Part shown: piece by piece, positions 59,128 to 64,000 of the stretch | Layout of the letters: each line of letters starts with the position of its first letter | Numbering within the stretch: position 1 is the stretch's first letter | DNA from: Verrucomicrobiota bacterium | GTDB lineage: Bacteria; Verrucomicrobiota; Verrucomicrobiia; Opitutales; Cerasicoccaceae | Direction: 5' to 3' | Assembly: GCA_039818205.1 (NCBI GenBank) | Contig: JBCBUK010000006.1 | Span: 1 to 64,000 of the forward strand | Length of the DNA: 64,000 nucleotides | The notes under the pieces: model-generated | What the model was told of the DNA's origin: nothing | The model's database searches: none | The model's input: the letters and a program-made list of their open reading frames with translations, nothing else | Program-made: the position numbers and the translations under genes

Positions 59128-60741
59128 ATGTCGGATTATAAAAACGCACAGCATGCACCATGCATCCGGTCTGGGAGAAGCAAAATCCTCGTTCTTGTTT
59201 TTTTCCTGCTGTTGCCTGGTATCACCGCCTCCGCTCAAATGGGCTGGCGAGCCAGCCCCATTAATACGTTTATCGTTGGTCTGCCGGCGGAAGGCTCCGA
59301 AACGGTAAGTTTGCCCGCAGAGTCAGTCTGGCCCATCGAATACGAGAAGCCTGATTCGGTTTACCTTCGAGTCACGATTGATGGTCAAGAACGCATCGTC
59401 CAGGTGCCCAAGACCCTATCTAATACCTCCTCGGGTCAGGTTAGGGGAACGAATTTCAAGACCGCGCACCAGCTGAATCTGGATGCAAGTACTCAGTATA
59501 CGGTATTTCGGAAGACAAAGTCTTATCCGGTGCTCCGACGATCAGGCGGGAAGCTGGACATTAAAATGCCCGCGGTGAGTCCGGTCGAGTCCTGCCAGCT
59601 GCCGGAGAAATTTTTTAATCTGACTGCGGTGATTGGCTCCGAGGATAAACCCGAGCACACGAGTCATAGCACCAGTTTGGAGGCCGAGACCCGTCGGGTT
59701 GAAGCATTGAAGCAAGCACTGGCGGATCCCGAGATCAAAATAGCGGACAAGCCAAAGGATTTCGTTTGTTTGATCGAGGGCCCCGAGGGTGTGGGAACTG
59801 GCTTCTTAATGCGCGAGGGCGGCAATGTATATTGCTACACCTGCTTTCACGTGATCGACGGAATGCGCCTACCGAAGATTCGCCTTATCAACGGTGCCGA
59901 GATCGAGCCCTTGAGTCTCGAAATTTCAGAAGAGCGAGATATTGCTCGGATGCTCGTCGCGGGCAATCCGCCAGCATTGGCTGGGTTTCGGGCTCCTAAA
60001 ATTGGTGAGAATATTCGGGTCTACGGAAACTCCCAGGGTGCGGGTCGCGTGACGCTACTCAAAGGAGAGGTGACTGGTATTGGCGTGAACGAGGTTGAGA
60101 CCGACGCTGGGTTCACTTCGGGCAATAGTGGTAGCGCCCTAATCGCTGATAGCGACTCAATGGTTGTCGGTGTAGCCAGTTACGTTGAGGAGCTCGCCGA
60201 CAAAGAAGACCTCACGGTTCGCGGAACCCGCTTTACGACGCCTCGCCGGGTTGGTGAAGCCCTGGATGATGACATCAAGTGGATTGCTGTTGATTTTGAC
60301 CGCTTCTATTCAGCCAACCGGAAATTTCATGAGTACAGCGCGTTCCTGCGTGAAAGCATCGCGGTTCTTGAACGCGTGAGCCAGTCGCCCCAAGTGCCGG
60401 TTAGTGATCTTGGCATCAGGGATACGAGTTTGAAGCGGTGGATCCGTAATCGGAATCGGTGGGTCAAGGAGTTGGCGTCGGTTGACCACTCGTATATTGA
60501 TACCTATGCGGAATACGAGACTGCGTTGACGAACAATATTCGTGAAGTCGCCAACCAACAGGCCTACTTCCGCCGCTTGTGTGAACTGCGGGAGTCTCAG
60601 ATGAAATCACTGCAGCCCTACCCGGGAACGAGTTTTCAGGATGAGCTCTGCGACCGGATTATCTTCGAGTATGAGATGGTCGGCTTCTTGAACGATTACA
60701 TTCTAGAGGTCCTGAGAGCGTCTCTTCAGGGTGGAAATTGA
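59128..60741 (+). CDS. Secreted trypsin-like serine protease
   Basis: Signal-like segment; GTGF, TCFHV (His), DIAR (Asp) and GNSGS (Ser). Confidence 0.8.
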   Translation: MSDYKNAQHAPCIRSGRSKILVLVFFLLLPGITASAQMGWRASPINTFIVGLPAEGSETVSLPAESVWPIEYEKPDSVYLRVTIDGQERIVQVPKTLSNTSSGQVRGTNFKTAHQLNLDASTQYTVFRKTKSYPVLRRSGGKLDIKMPAVSPVESCQLPEKFFNLTAVIGSEDKPEHTSHSTSLEAETRRVEALKQALADPEIKIADKPKDFVCLIEGPEGVGTGFLMREGGNVYCYTCFHVIDGMRLPKIRLINGAEIEPLSLEISEERDIARMLVAGNPPALAGFRAPKIGENIRVYGNSQGAGRVTLLKGEVTGIGVNEVETDAGFTSGNSGSALIADSDSMVVGVASYVEELADKEDLTVRGTRFTTPRRVGEALDDDIKWIAVDFDRFYSANRKFHEYSAFLRESIAVLERVSQSPQVPVSDLGIRDTSLKRWIRNRNRWVKELASVDHSYIDTYAEYETALTNNIREVANQQAYFRRLCELRESQMKSLQPYPGTSFQDELCDRIIFEYEMVGFLNDYILEVLRASLQGGN

Positions 60742-60777
60742 ACTGAGTCGAAGAGAGGTGATCCAGACTGGAGAAGC

Positions 60778-61062
60778 TTAGGAATGCCCGTACTTTGACT
60801 TGTTGATGTGCCAGATATTCAGCAAGGGTTGCCTTAGTCGCGTGGGAAAGTCGGCCGAGAAGCCAAGGGTCAGGTTGTTGTTTTGCTTCATTGCATAGAT
60901 TGATCCGGTGACCAATTCGCCCGCATTTACTTTCTCGGTGACCGCCGCAATGAAGTCTCGGGGCATTCGACTCTGGGAGGAAACAACAATCTCTGAATTT
61001 GTGATCTCGATCACGAATTCACTTCCCGCGACGTAGCGGCGAATGAGCGAAGACAGTTTCAT
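60778..61062 (-). CDS. DUF3634-like small protein
   Basis: FVIEI...PRDF...LGFSADFP..RQPLLNIW pattern. The start is uncertain. Confidence 0.5.
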   Translation of the reverse strand: MKLSSLIRRYVAGSEFVIEITNSEIVVSSQSRMPRDFIAAVTEKVNAGELVTGSIYAMKQNNNLTLGFSADFPTRLRQPLLNIWHINKSKYGHS

Positions 61063-61126
61063 TGGCAGTCGGCTGATCTCGAAGAATTTCAATTCCAAGC
61101 AGGGAGAAGCCGATTGGCAACTTCAA

Positions 61127-63265
61127 TCAAAAGTCTTCCGCAAGTGGGAGCTTGATTCCATCAAGCCATTCGGTATGGCGCAGATCGTTCCAGTCGGCGT
61201 TGGTTGGAGCAATCAGCCAAACGAATACCGTGGGCCCGGTAATGGTCGTTTCATAGATGGCCTGAGTGGCCGGAAACCGAATGGTGAACTCCGGGCTATA
61301 CCATCCAGCTTCAAATGGCTCACCCTGGCCCCGATAGGTATTCAGCTCCCAGCGGTGTTGCCCGAGTGGTGCCACGCGCAAGTTTGCGCCTTCTGGGTCA
61401 GCGGTCACTAGCTCGGTGCCTTCAGTCTCCACAATCCGATCGGGGTGAAACAACCAGCGAATCGAGACGTCCGTTGGTTCAAATGTGATGACCTCGTCGA
61501 AAACCACCCAGCCAATGCCACGCCTGTAGTGGACCACGCGAGTGTGCTCGCGGGGCCCGTTGCCCTCACCTGCGTTTGCGGGGAATGAAACGGTTGCACC
61601 GAAGCGGTCCAGGTCCGGAGTTATCTCGGCCAAGGTATGCATTGGCGCGCTTACTTTCTTGGGCCCCGTCAACGGTTGTTGGTCATCAAGGAGCAGCACA
61701 TTGTGCCCGGTAGGTCCTTTAAAGTAATCGCGAGTGGTTCCTGGCGTGTAGTCGTAGCGACCGCTGTCGACCAGAAAATCTTTGCCGCCGAGGGATACCG
61801 AGAGGTGCAGCTTATCACGATGCTGGTGATCGCTGCCATAGGGGCCAATGTCGAAAAACGCCCATTGAGCATTGGCATCCCAGCCATCGCGCATGATTGC
61901 GTGCCCAGCCCAGGGAAAGTAGCGCGAGGGGATGCCCTCGGGTTCGGTGCCACTGCTTCCACTGCTGACAAGGAATTCCCAATCCGGGTGGTCAAACCAG
62001 CGCAACGCGCGAGCCAGTTCTGTGCGATTGTCCTCGAGGTCTGAGTCGTTGTTGAGGGGGCCAAAGCCCGATGGCCGCATCACGTAGGCAAAGTAGTTCC
62101 ACATCGACTCGATGGCTGGCTTTATGCGGGCAATCAAGTCTCTGGCTTCACCAATCTCGAGTAGTTCTAGAAACCGTTGGAGACTACCCAGTGCCACGAG
62201 ATGGTAGTGGTTTGTCAGTTCCTCGTATGAGCCATCGGGGTATACCTGTTTGCCCATCAGGCCCATGACGGAATTCGTGGAGTCCTCCAGCCACCTGGGC
62301 GCGCCTTTAAACTCTGGAAAGGCGACGGCAAGTTGGGCCAGCATGACTTTCTCTGTCAGCAGGTGATTCCCATGAAACGAGGGATAATTCAACAAGGCAT
62401 CTGCATGGTCGGGCATTGATGAAATCATCAAGAGCCGAGTCTCCGGGGAAAAGCCTTTGGCATGTCGCAGCCGGATCAGCGTATCGATCCAGGACTTGTC
62501 GATTCGTCGAGCGACCTCGAGTGGCCGCCAAGGGGCGGAAAACGATCGGCTTTCCGGGTATTCATTAGCGAGCACCCAGTTGGCAATGTGGTCATCAACG
62601 ATCTCAACATAACGGGGATCTCCCGTGACTTCCCAGAGCGAAACTGCCCGCGGCAAATAGCCCATACGATTGAGCCACCAGGCCCATTCTGGGTCGTTCC
62701 GCGGGCCTTGATGCTCCCAATCATACAATCCGTTCTTATCCCGGGGTTGCCGCCCAAAAACATGTCCTTGCGTAAAGACATCGATCAGCGCCGCTTCGAC
62801 CAAGACGTAGTCCAAGTGAGACGGTGGTCCGTTGTTGATCAGCATGACGTCCGCCCATTCTTTGGACCGGTAGTGTTCCACCAGCGCAAGCGCCGTCGCA
62901 TTCAGATCTCCGACCTCATAGAGCTCGCGGACTTGTTCCAGGCCCGGATAGTCGAGATTGAGCTGGTCGAACAGGACCTCCAGCCTCCTGGTGTCTAGGT
63001 CGAGTTGATAGCTTCCACCAACGAGTGCCTGATCCGCTTCCAGCCTGGTTGGATTCCAATCGATCGACTTCGGCGGTTCCCAGGTTTGCGATGCCTTGAT
63101 GATTGGCGCGAGGAGCGGCATGAGTCGCTCATCCCAATAGGTCTCGGGATCATCGACGACCTCGTTCGTTGTCGATTCCTGCCCGGTGAGGACATTGCAC
63201 AGGCAGATTCCCCACAGCAAAATCACGCGTCGGGCGAGAGGCAACCTACCAGTCCAAGTCCCCAT
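61127..63265 (-). CDS. Heparinase II/III-family polysaccharide lyase
   Basis: WWLNRM, GNHLLTE, QVYPDG..E...YH, DHQHRDKL, LVDSGRY and HNVLL. Confidence 0.85.
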   Translation of the reverse strand: MGTWTGRLPLARRVILLWGICLCNVLTGQESTTNEVVDDPETYWDERLMPLLAPIIKASQTWEPPKSIDWNPTRLEADQALVGGSYQLDLDTRRLEVLFDQLNLDYPGLEQVRELYEVGDLNATALALVEHYRSKEWADVMLINNGPPSHLDYVLVEAALIDVFTQGHVFGRQPRDKNGLYDWEHQGPRNDPEWAWWLNRMGYLPRAVSLWEVTGDPRYVEIVDDHIANWVLANEYPESRSFSAPWRPLEVARRIDKSWIDTLIRLRHAKGFSPETRLLMISSMPDHADALLNYPSFHGNHLLTEKVMLAQLAVAFPEFKGAPRWLEDSTNSVMGLMGKQVYPDGSYEELTNHYHLVALGSLQRFLELLEIGEARDLIARIKPAIESMWNYFAYVMRPSGFGPLNNDSDLEDNRTELARALRWFDHPDWEFLVSSGSSGTEPEGIPSRYFPWAGHAIMRDGWDANAQWAFFDIGPYGSDHQHRDKLHLSVSLGGKDFLVDSGRYDYTPGTTRDYFKGPTGHNVLLLDDQQPLTGPKKVSAPMHTLAEITPDLDRFGATVSFPANAGEGNGPREHTRVVHYRRGIGWVVFDEVITFEPTDVSIRWLFHPDRIVETEGTELVTADPEGANLRVAPLGQHRWELNTYRGQGEPFEAGWYSPEFTIRFPATQAIYETTITGPTVFVWLIAPTNADWNDLRHTEWLDGIKLPLAEDF

Positions 63266-63271
63266 TCGAGC

Positions 63272-63517
63272 TTACTTGGAGAGATCTTTGCCGAACAGAC
63301 GGCCAATCGGGCCACTGATCAGCCACAGCGAGAGGCCGATGGCGATCGCAACGACGGGCCGAACAATTTGGCTCACCACAAAGTACAACCAGTAGGAGGG
63401 GTTGAAATCGCCAACTCCTTCAATCACGTTGGCCACTAGCAGCCACAGACCGAGGGCGCCCATGAACAGCGCGATTAGGCGGACACCAAGAATAGCGTGT
63501 GCGGTTGTCGTATTCAT
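63272..63517 (-). CDS. Small two-TM membrane protein
   Basis: 81-aa ATG ORF with two hydrophobic helices. Confidence 0.65.
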   Translation of the reverse strand: MNTTTAHAILGVRLIALFMGALGLWLLVANVIEGVGDFNPSYWLYFVVSQIVRPVVAIAIGLSLWLISGPIGRLFGKDLSK

Positions 63518-63593
63518 GACCCGTGAGCCTAAGGGGCTCGCGCCGCAAAAGGAAAGCTCCGAATCTCGTTACAAATCAACCGAATAAGTGCAA

Positions 63594-64000
63594 TTAGCTG
63601 AAGCGCAGCCGTGGATTAATGGTGGCTTGGAGTAGCTCCGCGACTAAGTTGAGCAGGATCAGCAGTGCGGCATAGAACAACGCACAGCCAATGACCAGGG
63701 TTTCGTCGCGGTTGATGGCGGCCTCCACGAAAAATCGCCCTAACCCGGGCACTCGAAAAATCGTTTCAACCACAAAGGAGCCGCTCACCAGGCCCGCAGC
63801 AGCGGGTCCCAGAAATGACAGTACGGGCAAGATGCCGTTGCGCAGGCCATGAATCCCGTAGACTCGCCAGTCACTAAGGCCTTTAGCGTAGGCGGTGCGC
63901 ATGTAGTCTTGGGTTCGCACGTCGAGCATGCTCGCTCGGGTTAGCCGTGCGACGTAGGCCGCATAAAATAAGCCCAGGGTGAGCGCCGGGAGAACGCGAT
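63594..64000 (-). CDS. Oligopeptide ABC permease OppB/DppB, partial (runs off window)
   Basis: LPALTL..ARLTRASMLDV..DYMRTAYAKGL..HGLRN..VETIF.VPGLG. Confidence 0.9.
   Translation of the reverse strand, partial: RVLPALTLGLFYAAYVARLTRASMLDVRTQDYMRTAYAKGLSDWRVYGIHGLRNGILPVLSFLGPAAAGLVSGSFVVETIFRVPGLGRFFVEAAINRDETLVIGCALFYAALLILLNLVAELLQATINPRLRFS

Overview
About 55% GC (by eye) bacterial chromosomal DNA. It is most likely from Verrucomicrobiota (Opitutales/Puniceicoccaceae-like), inferred from the many PEP-CTERM proteins, TIGR02597-like, TIGR03790-like and Verru_Chthon-A-like genes, and acidic proteins suggesting a marine habitat. The window is gene-dense, and I saw no rRNA, tRNA, CRISPR, prophage or transposase. 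It holds housekeeping genes (tsaC/sua5, rpsR, alaS, infC, iscA-like, hrpB, xylB, glcD-like, M16 peptidase). It also has many cell-surface functions: Wza/Wzc, ArnT/ArnB-like, a priming glycosyltransferase, five PEP-CTERM proteins, a gspG-H-I-J-K-L-M-D-E-F type II secretion cluster directly downstream of a secreted-protein/PEP-CTERM gene pair, and a 985-aa orphan PilX/GspK-like pilin. The best leads are a candidate T2SS-coupled surface-display system, a second Tyr/Gly-rich cluster at the N-terminus of the Wzc kinase, a possible verrucomicrobial C-terminal secretion tag, a structured intergenic region near 14.1-14.3 kb, and an abrupt break in the wza frame at the window start. All family calls come from motif recognition by eye; no searches were run.
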